41,361 nucleotides of DNA from the NCBI RefSeq assembly GCF_001194135.2, contig NC_068983.1:13975062-14016422 (forward strand), given 5' to 3'. The stretch is from Octopus bimaculoides. Lineage: Eukaryota. Position numbers and translations under genes: made by a program. The notes under the pieces are model-generated. The model did not search any database. It saw nothing but the letters and a program-made list of their open reading frames with translations, and had not been told where the DNA came from. Of this stretch, positions 1 through 12,010 are shown piece after piece. Position 1 is the first letter of the stretch, and the number at the start of each line of letters is the position of its first letter.

Positions 1-39
1 CCCATCTTTGTTGAGCCCTGTGTGGCTAATAAAAGAAAT
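1..39 (+). mobile_element. 3' tail remnant of family-A SINE or Tx1-like LINE
   Basis: GCCCTGTGTGGCTAATAAAAGAAAT resembles the tails at 20771-20795 and 16660-16683. Confidence 0.4.
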
Positions 40-110
40 GTATCTATCTATCTGTCTGTCTGTCTGTATGTATGTATGTCTGCCTGCCTGTCTGTCTGTC
101 TGTCTATCTG

Positions 111-195
<85 letters not shown>

Positions 196-279
196 GTGTC
201 TGTCTGTCTGTCTGTCTGTCTGTGTGTCTGTCTATCGGTCTATCTATCTTTCTGTCTGTCTGTCTATGTATCTATCTAT
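39..279. repeat. Compound (TCTA)n/(TCTG)n microsatellite
   Basis: Direct inspection; explains ORFs 8..382, 22..366 and 72..329. Confidence 0.97.
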
Positions 280-405
280 TGTATATATGTATATACGACG
301 GGCTTCCACAATCTCCGTCTCACAAATAGAAAAACAACATTTATGGCAAAAATTATCTTCTTCTAAGGTGAAAATGGTCTGATTTTAGTTTACATAGGTT
401 CGTGT

Positions 406-471
406 ATCCTTGGATGCCTTTAAAAAGATCCTTGGATGCCTTTAAAAAGATCCTTGGATGCCTTTAAAAAG
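406..471. repeat. 22-bp tandem repeat, 3 perfect copies
   Basis: ATCCTTGGATGCCTTTAAAAAG at 406-427, 428-449 and 450-471, then a degenerate partial copy. Confidence 0.95.
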
Positions 472-1531
472 GATGTCTTTAAAGATCAACTTTAAAAAGA
501 CAAACACAGTTACAAGTTGAACATTTGAGCGGATTATTAATATCTTTGGAATTTCTTTTCCTTGTGTTTCAATTTTACTTGTTTAATGTGATTTTTCCAC
601 AGATTTTCATTCAGTTTCACTCACAAGGGCGTAGCTTACCCCAAGGCATTCATAAGATACTGCACAGAAGGATCAGTTTCAGAACCTCAGCTTGTATCGT
701 TGAAATATTAAACTCTGTCAACTCTGTCATTATGCACCGGGTAATACTCCTTTTGTCGCACCTACCATATCACAGTCATCAAAATCTCGTACGATATACT
801 TCGCGGAAGTCTTCCTTACCAAACATACAGTTTAAAGTAACGTATAGAAGTTTGAGTTAAGTTTCAACTACATTAACATCACAAATCTAGTTATGCATAG
901 AATGGATAAAGGTACCGGCATCTTTTACTTGGACTGATTTGTAAAACATATGTATGTGTATACAAGCAATGCTTTATAGCGTAAACTTTCACACGCAAAT
1001 ATGGTCAGGAGATTGGTTTTCGTTACATACCCTGCAGGACGGAAAACAAAACTTATCAAAGAAATGAAATCAATTAATTCAGTATCGTTTCCAACAGCTG
1101 CGAGTGAGAGATCCCTAGTCTTTGTTTAGACTTCTCTAGAAGGAAAAACCCCGTTGTAACACACGCAACTTCATTTGAATCTCAATGATGTTGATTAGTT
1201 CTTTGTTTAGAAAATATATACGTTGTTCAGAGTGGTATTGGGTCTGTGCAGGGCTTTCCTCCAATTAAAAAGCTCCAGGCACAGACATCGCTTGATTTTT
1301 AACATCTTTATCATATGCTGCATTCTAAGGCTGGCCGTTGCGGTAAAAAGTAAAACACTCAATGAAAAAAAATTCACGATGAAATGAAGGCAAGTGTTAA
1401 CGTGTGTGGTAAGGTTTCTGAATAGCCGCTGCAAAAAGCGCCTATCGTTGCAATCTGTGTAATCGAGTGTAGATTACTAGTAGAACTGAAAAATGTATGC
1501 ATGTGTGTGAATATATATATATATTTATATA

Positions 1532-2364
1532 TAGGGTGCGGTGAATAAGTTGTCGTCTAAATTACGCAAAAGATCAAAATAACACTGTCGTCTCATTTTA
1601 ACAGATATATTTACCAAAATTACATATAATGTTTTGAAATATTAAAGAGTAAATGTATTCAATAAAATCGCCATTGGCTTCATCCACGGCCTTCAGACGA
1701 CTTCAGAATCTTCGGAATCTGGACGGTCACCTTGTTTAAGCTGGTGACTGCTACCATAATCCTTGCCTTCTGTTCATTTTCGGTGTTATAAGGAGTTTTG
1801 TTGGTCTCTCGCTCAACTGCGCCCCACACATAATAATCAAGGGAGTTGCAGTCTGGGGAATTAGGTGGCCAGATGTTAGGGGTGATGTGGTCGCAGAAAT
1901 TGTCTGACAGCCATGGCTGGGTTCTCCTGCTTGTGTGGCATGGTGCAGAGTCCTGTTGCCAGACATAGAGTCTTCCAGCAGCCACCCTCTTGACCCAGGG
2001 CAGCACTACTTACTCCAGGCATATGATGTAGGCCTCTGTATTGAGTCTGAGGCCTTGTGAGGAGAGGAATGGAGGCATAACGTCGCCATCACTAGTGATC
2101 ACTCCAAATACCATGATGTTGACTGGGTGTTTGATTTTTATCACTCTCGGTACATGTCTTCAGATTGCACTGTTCTAAGATTGACACCCAAACACTGTCG
2201 TTTCCAAATTTCTGGCAGAATCAACTGCGTCATGGTGCTGTTTGTCTCACAGACGGTGCCCAACTAACCTTACTATACTGTATAGTCGACATAATCAAAG
2301 ACAAACGATGTGCATGCGCGAAATTAAGAATATAAAATGGCGACAACTTACCTATCGCACCCTG
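1532..2364 (-). mobile_element. Internally deleted Tc1/mariner transposon, maT (DD37D) family
   Basis: 26-bp imperfect TIRs (TAGGGTGCGGTGAATAAGTTGTCGTC at 1532-1557; reverse complement of 2339-2364 is CAGGGTGCGATAGGTAAGTTGTCGCC), TA on both flanks, transposase remnant inside. Confidence 0.93.
1680..2233 (-). pseudogene. DD37D transposase remnant
   Basis: HPVNIMVFGVITSDGDVMPP...YIICLE*VVLPWVKRVAAGRLYVWQQDSAPCH...WPPNSPDCNSLDYYVWG. There are 37 residues between QQD and LD. In-frame TAA at 2012-2010. The N-terminus MTQLILPEIWKR (ATG at 2233) joins the catalytic region out of frame near 2160. Confidence 0.92.
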
Positions 2365-3041
2365 TATATGAATTGAGTATATATANNNNNNNNNNNNNNN
2401 NNNNNNNNNNNNNNNNNNNNNNNNNNNNNNNNNNNNNNNNNNNNNNNNNNNNNNNNNNNNNNNNNNNNNNNNNNNNNNNNNNNNNNNNNNNNNNNNNNNN
2501 NNNNNNNNNNNNNNNNNNNNNNNNNNNNNNNNNNNNNNNNNNNNNNNNNNNNNNNNNNNNNNNNNNNNNNNNNNNNNNNNNNNNNNNNNNNNNNNNNNNN
2601 NNNNNNNNNNNNNNNNNNNNNNNNNNNNNNNNNNNNNNNNNNNNNNNNNNNNNNNNNNNNNNNNNNNNNNNNNNNNNNNNNNNNNNNNNNNNNNNNNNNN
2701 NNNNNNNNNNNNNNNNNNNNNNNNNNNNNNNNNNNNNNNNNNNNNNNNNNNNNNNNNNNNNNNNNNNNNNNNNNNNNNNNNNNNNNNNNNNNNNNNNNNN
2801 NNNNNNNNNNNNNNNNNNNNNNNNNNNNNNNNNNNNNNNNNNNNNNNNNNNNNNNNNNNNNNNNNNNNNNNNNNNNNNNNNNNNNNNNNNNNNNNNNNNN
2901 NNNNNNNNNNNNNNNNNNNNNNNNNNNNNNNNNNNNNNNNNNNNNNNNNNNNNNNNNNNNNNNNNNNNNNNNNNNNNNNNNNNNNNNNNNNNNNNNNNNN
3001 NNNNNNNNNNNNNNNNNNNNNNNNTATATATATATATATGA

Positions 3042-3257
3042 TAAAGATTATTTGCCAACATAACGGAAATAACCCTGGAACTGTGGTTCACAGCTATTGC
3101 TTTGTGGTGGGTGGAGGTGCTAAACTCCCCTGTTCGAAAATATAAGGACACAAATAATGTGCCGTATAGCCAGATGGAGACGATGTTTCTCGGAGCTAAA
3201 CAACAGTAACATCCGTCCCAACCGGGACCACCACATTATGTTGGCAAATAATCTTTA
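3042..3257. mobile_element. MITE-like element with perfect 22-bp inverted termini
   Basis: TAAAGATTATTTGCCAACATAA (3042-3063) and its exact reverse complement (3236-3257); the outer TA may be the TSD. Confidence 0.7.
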
Positions 3258-3317
3258 CTTTAAGGTATTGTTACTGAATGTCTCTCGTTGAAAGATTTCG
3301 GAACAATAATGTTTATG

Positions 3318-3348
<31 letters not shown>

Positions 3349-4348
3349 GCACATACATATATGTATATATATGCATGTATATATATATATATATATATAT
3401 NNNNNNNNNNNNNNNNNNNNNNNNNNNNNNNNNNNNNNNNNNNNNNNNNNNNNNNNNNNNNNNNNNNNNNNNNNNNNNNNNNNNNNNNNNNNNNNNNNNN
3501 NNNNNNNNNNNNNNNNNNNNNNNNNNNNNNNNNNNNNNNNNNNNNNNNNNNNNNNNNNNNNNNNNNNNNNNNNNNNNNNNNNNNNNNNNNNNNNNNNNNN
3601 NNNNNNNNNNNNNNNNNNNNNNNNNNNNNNNNNNNNNNNNNNNNNNNNNNNNNNNNNNNNNNNNNNNNNNNNNNNNNNNNNNNNNNNNNNNNNNNNNNNN
3701 NNNNNNNNNNNNNNNNNNNNNNNNNNNNNNNNNNNNNNNNNNNNNNNNNNNNNNNNNNNNNNNNNNNNNNNNNNNNNNNNNNNNNNNNNNNNNNNNNNNN
3801 NNNNNNNNNNNNNNNNNNNNNNNNNNNNNNNNNNNNNNNNNNNNNNNNNNNNNNNNNNNNNNNNNNNNNNNNNNNNNNNNNNNNNNNNNNNNNNNNNNNN
3901 NNNNNNNNNNNNNNNNNNNNNNNNNNNNNNNNNNNNNNNNNNNNNNNNNNNNNNNNNNNNNNNNNNNNNNNNNNNNNNNNNNNNNNNNNNNNNNNNNNNN
4001 NNNNNNNNNNNNNNNNNNNNNNNNNNNNNNNNNNNNNNNNNNNNNNNNNNNNNNNNNNNNNNNNNNNNNNNNNNNNNNNNNNNNNNNNNNNNNNNNNNNN
4101 NNNNNNNNNNNNNNNNNNNNNNNNNNNNTATATATATATATATAATACACGCACGCATGTATTAATGCCTGTATAAATAAATATGCATGAATACACACAC
4201 ACGCATACACATACATATAAGTACATACACACATGCACACATGCACACACACACACACATATACACGTATATAAATGAATAAAATATAAATACACGTGCA
4301 TATGTAATAATACTTATAATCACATCACAACCTAAATACCACACCCAC

Positions 4349-4509
4349 ATGTCAAGCACCCTTAACGAACCGGAGAAAAATGCTTTTAGTATGGATAAAG
4401 AATACGACTATAGCACCAAACCAGATTTCTATATTACACTTCAGCAGCAAGTAAATTCCCCTGTGGCTTCTGCAACGACAGCAAATACGTCTTCCTCATA
4501 TATACACAT
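4349..4509 (+). CDS. Candidate coding exon, unrecognised product
   Basis: Open frame MSSTLNEPEKNAFSMDKEYDYSTKPDFYITLQQQVNSPVASATTANTSSSYIH followed by GTAAGT at 4510; non-repetitive island among microsatellites; no homology recognised. Confidence 0.15.
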
Positions 4510-4811
4510 GTAAGTACATGTTCACATGTATGTAGATATATACATAGATATGGACATATGTTTATAAATATGTACATACGTGTGTACATATATTAAAGTG
4601 TATACGTACATACATAACTAGTTACCTACCTACTTATCTAACGAGGAACACATACACGGACATTTACATACATATATAAATACAGGCACGCATACATACA
4701 TGTATACATACATACATACACACATACATACATACATACATACATGCATACACATACAAATCAAAATGCACATGTAATGCGTACTTACATACGTATATAG
4801 TATTATACATG

Positions 4812-4878
<67 letters not shown>
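4812..4878. repeat. (TCTA)n microsatellite
   Basis: Direct inspection. Confidence 0.97.
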
Positions 4879-5189
4879 CTAGGTGAGAAATATACTTTTG
4901 GCAAGAGAGCTCAATGAATCATTAGATATTTAGTGTAGCGACAGAAGCCTACACGAAAAATATACGACAAAAATTAATCCATATACAACCGAGTATGCGA
5001 AGAAAATTGTTATTTATAGGCCTGGATGAAATTTCGTTAAGACACCTACTAAGGCCGCCTGCTTTTAGAGGGTTTTCAAAGACGATTGTTGTAGAAATAT
5101 GTATGTATGTATGTTACAATATATAAATATATGCATATATCCATACATATATGTACATACCTACATATATATGTATACATACATGCATA

Positions 5190-5490
5190 TATGGGTACAG
5201 GACATTAAAAAAAAACGTTAAACATAATGAGAAACGAAAACATAAAAACAAAAACAGAAAACTAACTTTTTTCGAACAACGAAAAAGCAAACAGAGAAAC
5301 GAGACATGCAACATAAAGAGTATACCCTTTCGTCAGTTGTCCCTGTTCCATCTACTCCGCGTTTCGAAGGCAAGGACAATACGCGACTTCGTTGGAACAG
5401 TCCTTCCTGCGAAGCAAATTAAATAAAATTTGCCATCTTTTGCGGAAGGTGAAAGTGTTAACAAGAATAGGACAGTGAGAACAAGACAAT
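5190..5490. repeat. Unclassified interspersed repeat
   Basis: Resembles a dispersed octopus repeat as I recall it (CCCTTTCGTCAGTTGTCCCTG...CGAAGGCAAGGAC); class not determined. Confidence 0.35.
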
Positions 5491-6304
5491 ATACACTACA
5501 TACACACAATCACACGCATACACACATAATCGCCTACACACATATATAGTCAAATCAAATAATCAAACATTAATAATAACAATAACGAAACAACTAGAGG
5601 ACGTGTACTCGGAATGAATTAGTTTGAATTAGCTCTTCGTCAACAAGGAAAATGGAAAAGTCCAGAGAAGGAAAAATATTATCAACAACGTGTGTGTGGT
5701 TACATGTATACCTACTTATTTGTCTGTTTGTCAGTTTGTCAGTCTGTCTGTCTTTGTCTTTTGTCTAACTGTCTGTGTCTATCTGTCCCCCCTTCTTTCT
5801 CTACTGGTATACATATGTGAGTGTATTTGGATGCCTATGTGCGTCTGCAACTATACGTGGGTGTATCTGCGTGGGACTGCGCGTTCTCACTTCCATCAAT
5901 GTGTATGATGATATATATATTTATATATTAATACATATACGTACGTACATTAACAACTGCGCACGCATGTGCGTTTGTGTGTATGAGTATGCGCTTGTGT
6001 GCGCTTGTGCGCGCTTGTATGTATGAGAGTGTGTGTGTATTTACGGTTGTATGCAGTTCTTTGTATATTCGTATAAATATATTTATATGTATTACGAATC
6101 TTAAACAAAACAAATTTGAAAATTTCTATGAAATTCACAGCTTTCTTTTCAATTTTAATACAACATGACTTTATTTTCAAGCCTAAATATGCTCGACATT
6201 TTGTTTCCTACTACCATAATAGAAAGGAAAATACTTATTCTGTATTCTGTAGTTTATTGATTTCATAAACAAAATATAGTCGATGACTTACACACACACA
6301 CAAT

Positions 6305-6581
6305 CATATATATATATATATATATATATATANNNNNNNNNNNNNNNNNNNNNNNNNNNNNNNNNNNNNNNNNNNNNNNNNNNNNNNNNNNNNNNNNNNN
6401 NNNNNNNNNNNNNNNNNNNNNNNNNNNNNNNNNNNNNNNNNNNNNNNNNNNNNNNNNNNNNNNNNNNNNNNNNNNNNNNNNNNNNNNNNNNNNNNNNNNN
6501 NNNNNNNNNNNNNNATATACATACATATATATACACGTATATATGTATATATATATATACGTATATATATGTGTGTATATA

Positions 6582-6653
<72 letters not shown>

Positions 6654-7170
6654 CATACATATATATATACATATTTGTATATATACGCATATACATATAT
6701 ATATACATATATATAGATACACATATATACATATATATTTATGCATACATATATATATTTAATATACACATACGCAATAACACAGACAAAGACATACACA
6801 CACACACCCACACGCTCACACACATGCAGACTTATATTTACCCGTATATCTACATATATAAATAAATAGGTGTTATGAATTGCCGCAAGCATATTTGAAC
6901 TGATAACACGTTTGTATTTATACATACATAGATCCGTACATGCATACGTTCATGCATACATACATACATACATACATACATAAAGACGTAAATACATACA
7001 CACATATATGCTTACATGTACATATATAAATCTATATGTGAATGTGTGTATATGTGTGTAGATATGTACATATATGTCTATATACATGCATGTGTTTGTG
7101 TATGTATATGTTTGATGTGTATGTAGATACAACCACTCACGCGCGCGCACTCACACGCATGCGCGCGCGC
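6305..7170. repeat. (TA)/(CA)/(TACA) microsatellite block with a gap
   Basis: Direct inspection. Confidence 0.9.
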
Positions 7171-7858
7171 GCCAAATTTTCTAAAGTACGTACTTATTTT
7201 TTCGCTGTTTCTCTAATTAACTAGTTATTCTTTGTTGGAGATAGAAACTCCAGTAATATTATTGCCTTGTACACATAGAAGAATTAGAAGTAAGTAACGG
7301 TCTTTTATATTCTTTTCAATTGTTTGCATGAAGCAAACTCTTATTTATTCATTAATAATCTATATTACCAGGAGATCAATATGAAAAGAAAACAGAACTG
7401 GCATTGAACCAAAATTTATAATATAAATTATCAGCATAGATAAACCTAACGGTACACAGAGAATTTCTTTTGTGAAACACGAGAACAAAGCAGCAAATAA
7501 ATGGAAATCAAATTTGACGGAAGAAAATCTTACACAAGACACAAAATCTGAATAATGAAGAAATAAAAGTAATTTATGACAAATAAAAACGGAGCTGAAA
7601 GTAACTATAAAATAACAGTTTTCCATTAGGAATAAATTAATTTTATAGACATAAGAAAGTTCTATTCACAGAGAATTAGTTTATTATTTGAATTCTTTTC
7701 ACCACCTTCAGGCTATATATTCCTGCTCTTTATTTTCTTATTCTTATTGCAATTAAAGTAATTTTAAAGAGATTCTAGGACTTTGAGTAAGTTTATTATT
7801 CATTACTGGTTTTCCTGAAACTAGTTTTCGAGCAACATATAAGAGTTATTATTAATGA

Positions 7859-7861
<3 letters not shown>

Positions 7862-7947
<86 letters not shown>

Positions 7948-7951
7948 CTGA

Positions 7952-8006
<55 letters not shown>
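7862..8006. repeat. Compound (ATA)n(ATG)n(ATT)n microsatellite
   Basis: Direct inspection. Confidence 0.97.
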
Positions 8007-8460
8007 NNNNNNNNNNNNNNNNNNNNNNNNNNNNNNNNNNNNNNNNNNNNNNNNNNNNNNNNNNNNNNNNNNNNNNNNNNNNNNNNNNNNNNNNNNNNNN
8101 NNNNNNNNNNNNNNNNNNNNNNNNNNNNNNNNNNNNNNNNNNNNNNNNNNNNNNNNNNNNNNNNNNNNNNNNNNNNNNNNNNNNNNNNNNNNNNNNNNNN
8201 NNNNNNNNNNNNNNNNNNNNNNNNNNNNNNNNNNNNNNNNNNNNNNNNNNNNNNNNNNNNNNNNNNNNNNNNNNNNNNNNNNNNNNNNNNNNNNNNNNNN
8301 NNNNNNNNNNNNNNNNNNNNNNNNNNNNNNNNNNNNNNNNNNNNNNNNNNNNNNNNNNNNNNNNNNNNNNNNNNNNNNNNNNNNNNNNNNNNNNNNNNNN
8401 NNNNNNNNNNNNNNNNNNNNNNNNNNNNNNNNNNNNNNNNNNNNNNNNNNNNNNNNNNNN

Positions 8461-8636
8461 CAAGGGACATGCTCAACTGGTTAAGTTCAAACAACTGACA
8501 AGCAAATCTGTGGTATTAAGCAGAATATTTGCTGTAGCCCATCTTTTATACCAAGACAAAACAATGTACCTGATAACACTTCCAATGAATTAAGATCAGA
8601 AGCCATGAGAGCCACTGCCTGGTACCGCATCAGGGC

Positions 8637-8690
<54 letters not shown>
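8461..8690 (+). mobile_element. 3' end of a non-LTR retroelement with (TTA)n tail
   Basis: Non-coding segment ending ...GCATCAGGGCT followed directly by (TTA)n; resembles a recurrent octopus LINE 3' UTR (recall). Confidence 0.5.
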
Positions 8691-8692
<2 letters not shown>

Positions 8693-8849
8693 GGGCTCTC
8701 CTGTAGAAGACGACGTATTGGTGTTCAGCTTTTACCGAACGACCCGCACAAATGATTTGTTTATTATGATCAAATGTTTGTTCCGCATATTAGCTCACTC
8801 CTTCCATCAAAACGACGTTGCCTGGACAGATGCACCCAGGTGTACCACG

Positions 8850-8967
8850 CAGAGTAACGTGAAACGAAAAGTTTTGCTCAAGAACTCAACGCATCACCCA
8901 GTCTAGGAATTGGAACCACGATCTCTCGTACGTGAGTGCAACACCCTAACTACTAAGCCATGTGTCC
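8850..8967 (-). mobile_element. SINE family D, 5' part
   Basis: Minus-strand tRNA-like head (A-box TGGCTTAGTAG, B-box GGTTCCAATTCC); similar to 33378-33500 and 40878-41026. Confidence 0.7.
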
Positions 8968-8968
8968 T

Positions 8969-8969
8969 T

Positions 8970-9044
<75 letters not shown>

Positions 9045-9093
9045 GTCTTCATCATCATCGTCATCATCATCATCGTCATCATCATCATCATCG

Positions 9094-9137
<44 letters not shown>
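8969..9137. repeat. (CAT)n microsatellite
   Basis: Direct inspection. Confidence 0.97.
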
Positions 9138-9204
9138 NNNNNNNNNNAATAATAATAATATAAACACATTTTTTGTCTGAGCTTTTATAATAATAAAAAA
9201 AATG

Positions 9205-9630
9205 TGTTTATTAATTGATATGAGTATTCCTTGCGATCGCAATATAGCGGCGAAAGAATTTGACAAGATCAGTAAATATAAAGACTTGCTAATAGAAATT
9301 GAAAAAATGTAGCATCTCAAGGAGACTACCGTACCAGTGATTGTAGGATCTCTTGGAATGATAAAAAAAAGAGGTACTGAAACCTACAGGAAGTGTAAAA
9401 AATCGTGTTAACTGGAACAACTCATGTACTGAGAAGAGCATTATCGCTGTGAAAACAACATCCATTCATGAATTTATTTATTTATTAATTTTTTTACATA
9501 CATATTTTACCTGTGAATTTGCGTGTGTGAACTGGGAATGCATACAATGAGCTTCTCTGCCCTAGGTGTATGGAAAACACTCGTCGAGAAATGGAAGAAA
9601 ATTTGAAGAAAGAAGGAAAAAAACAACAAC
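9205..9630 (+). mobile_element. 5'-truncated R4/Dong-like non-LTR element (RLE endonuclease C-terminus plus 3' UTR), copy 1
   Basis: CLLIDMSIPCDRNIAAKEFDKISKYKDLLIEIEKM*HLK..VPVIVGSLG...KIVLTGTTHVLRRALSL*; stops at 9310 and 9396, terminal TGA at 9450-9452. Confidence 0.8.
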
Positions 9631-9648
9631 ATTATAATATTAGTAACA

Positions 9649-9930
9649 ATTTGAAGTATGAAAACTGTAAAGGTTGTTCCTGTAATAACTGGTGCATTAG
9701 GAACTGTGAGTAAAGATATTTACAAATGGTTAAAGGAGATTGAAATAAAATGTCTTATAGAGCTTCTATAGAAAGTTTGCCTCTTAGGGTCAGGAAAGAT
9801 TATCAGCAGAGTTTTAAGTACTTGAAAGACTATTGAAAGCTTGTGGCTGTGTTAGGTTTGCTGATAGTAATCCGTTATCCACGTAATTTCTACCAGGAAT
9901 AAGAACAAACCTGAATCAAATCAACATCAA
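9649..9930 (+). mobile_element. 5'-truncated R4/Dong-like non-LTR element, copy 2 (different subfamily)
   Basis: MKTVKVVPVITGALGTVSKDIYKWLKEIEIKCLIELL*KVCLLGSGKIISRVLST* (9658-9825), then 3' UTR and trinucleotide tail. Confidence 0.75.
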
Positions 9931-9934
9931 CAAT

Positions 9935-10114
9935 AACGACGATGACGATGACGATGACGATGACAACAGCAGCGGCTGTAGCAGCAGCAGCAGCAACAAC
10001 AACAACAAACAAGCAAACAAACACCACCAGTACCACCAGCACCACCAGCGCCAGCACCAGCACCAACACCAGCACCACCAGCACCACCACCAGCACCAGC
10101 ACCACCACCACTAC
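9935..10114. repeat. Compound (GAC/GAT)(GCA)(ACA)(ACC) trinucleotide block
   Basis: Direct inspection. Confidence 0.95.
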
Positions 10115-11479
10115 NNNNNNNNNNNNNNNNNNNNNNNNNNNNNNNNNNNNNNNNNNNNNNNNNNNNNNNNNNNNNNNNNNNNNNNNNNNNNNNNNNNNNN
10201 NNNNNNNNNNNNNNNNNNNNNNNNNNNNNNNNNNNNNNNNNNNNNNNNNNNNNNNNNNNNNNNNNNNNNNNNNNNNNNNNNNNNNNNNNNNNNNNNNNNN
10301 NNNNNNNNNNNNNNNNNNNNNNNNNNNNNNNNNNNNNNNNNNNNNNNNNNNNNNNNNNNNNNNNNNNNNNNNNNNNNNNNNNNNNNNNNNNNNNNNNNNN
10401 NNNNNNNNNNNNNNNNNNNNNNNNNNNNNNNNNNNNNNNNNNNNNNNNNNNNNNNNNNNNNNNNNNNNNNNNNNNNNNNNNNNNNNNNNNNNNNNNNNNN
10501 NNNNNNNNNNNNNNNNNNNNNNNNNNNNNNNNNNNNNNNNNNNNNNNNNNNNNNNNNNNNNNNNNNNNNNNNNNNNNNNNNNNNNNNNNNNNNNNNNNNN
10601 NNNNNNNNNNNNNNNNNNNNNNNNNNNNNNNNNNNNNNNNNNNNNNNNNNNNNNNNNNNNNNNNNNNNNNNNNNNNNNNNNNNNNNNNNNNNNNNNNNNN
10701 NNNNNNNNNNNNNNNNNNNNNNNNNNNNNNNNNNNNNNNNNNNNNNNNNNNNNNNNNNNNNNNNNNNNNNNNNNNNNNNNNNNNNNNNNNNNNNNNNNNN
10801 NNNNNNNNNNNNNNNNNNNNNNNNNNNNNNNNNNNNNNNNNNNNNNNNNNNNNNNNNNNNNNNNNNNNNNNNNNNNNNNNNNNNNNNNNNNNNNNNNNNN
10901 NNNNNNNNNNNNNNNNNNNNNNNNNNNNNNNNNNNNNNNNNNNNNNNNNNNNNNNNNNNNNNNNNNNNNNNNNNNNNNNNNNNNNNNNNNNNNNNNNNNN
11001 NNNNNNNNNNNNNNNNNNNNNNNNNNNNNNNNNNNNNNNNNNNNNNNNNNNNNNNNNNNNNNNNNNNNNNNNNNNNNNNNNNNNNNNNNNNNNNNNNNCT
11101 AACTGCTTCAAGATCTGCAGGCAAGAAATCCGAGCTTGAATGTAAGAAATGTAATGGAAGACACACACAGTACTTTATATCTTTCTAAATATTGTTTGGA
11201 GAAACTAAAATTCTTTGAATTTTTCAATTCATGACCGTAACTAATATTTTCATTAAACTAAATTTTAACGTAAAGCGATGAGAAAAGTACTTTTTTCGGA
11301 TCAATTAAAGCAGCGGTTTCAAACCCTTTTTTGTATCAAGGACCGATAATTTTACCACGACCAGGGAGATTACGTGCTTAACAAAACAATAAAATGCATG
11401 ATATATACTTTTATTACATATATAATAAATATATATTACACATACAGCCACACACGCACACACACATGTGTTAAATATA

Positions 11480-12010
11480 TATATATTTCTTCTTTCTTTC
11501 CCTATTCCTTTTGACTAATAACTTTCTCCTCCTAACACACGTCTATTCTCTTCTCTCTATCAACTTATCCTTACTAGAACACTCTCAAAATTTCATTCAC
11601 ACCACACGACCTCTTTGAATAAACAGCACATGAAATTTATGTCTCCACACTATCCACTCATAATAACAAAATATGAACTTCTATCGGAATCTACATACCA
11701 CGGACAAGAAGCTTTTCTACCCATTCTACACAGCACTTTTCTTGGATAGTGGAACTGCAACTGTAACATCTTGCATATATTTTTACTTTTATTTTTCTTC
11801 TTTTATTTCCTTTTATACTTCCTATATCCATCCTTTTCCCAAATAACCCCTTATATTGAACTCTGTTATTTCCCTCTAGTTAACCCTCTAATGTCGTCTT
11901 TGATGAAGGGATATTCCTAATATCCCAGAAACAACTGTAAGACTACCTTTCTCTTTATAAATGTTCTATAAATTCCACACAACCTTGGTTTTGTTATCTC
12001 ATTTTATTTA
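11480..12010 (+). mobile_element. Probable Penelope-like element pseudo-LTR/3' fragment
   Basis: Pyrimidine-rich segment leading into a hammerhead motif and a T-rich tail, the typical layout of PLE termini; no PLE ORF seen. Confidence 0.5.
11896..11943 (+). ncRNA. Decayed minimal type I hammerhead ribozyme
   Basis: GTCT-tTGATGA-A-GGGATATT(cct)AATATCCC-A-GAAAC-aact-GTA-AGAC; stem I 4 bp, stem II 8 bp; C3 changed to T. Confidence 0.7.

Noticed and set aside
8-382. ORFs with LSIY/LSVC repeats, and similar IY, HT, poly-I, poly-M and poly-H ORFs throughout
   Set aside because: Translations of microsatellites or read-through of N gaps
406-471. CRISPR-like or regulatory array
   Set aside because: No spacers; a simple tandem duplication in eukaryotic DNA
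4880-4917. GEKYTFGKR neuropeptide-like motif after (TCTA)n-AG
   Set aside because: Too short, a stop follows immediately, and there is no precursor context
5325-5370. Minus-strand GAAAC...CTGACGA resembling a type II hammerhead
   Set aside because: Stem I does not pair and stem II is weak
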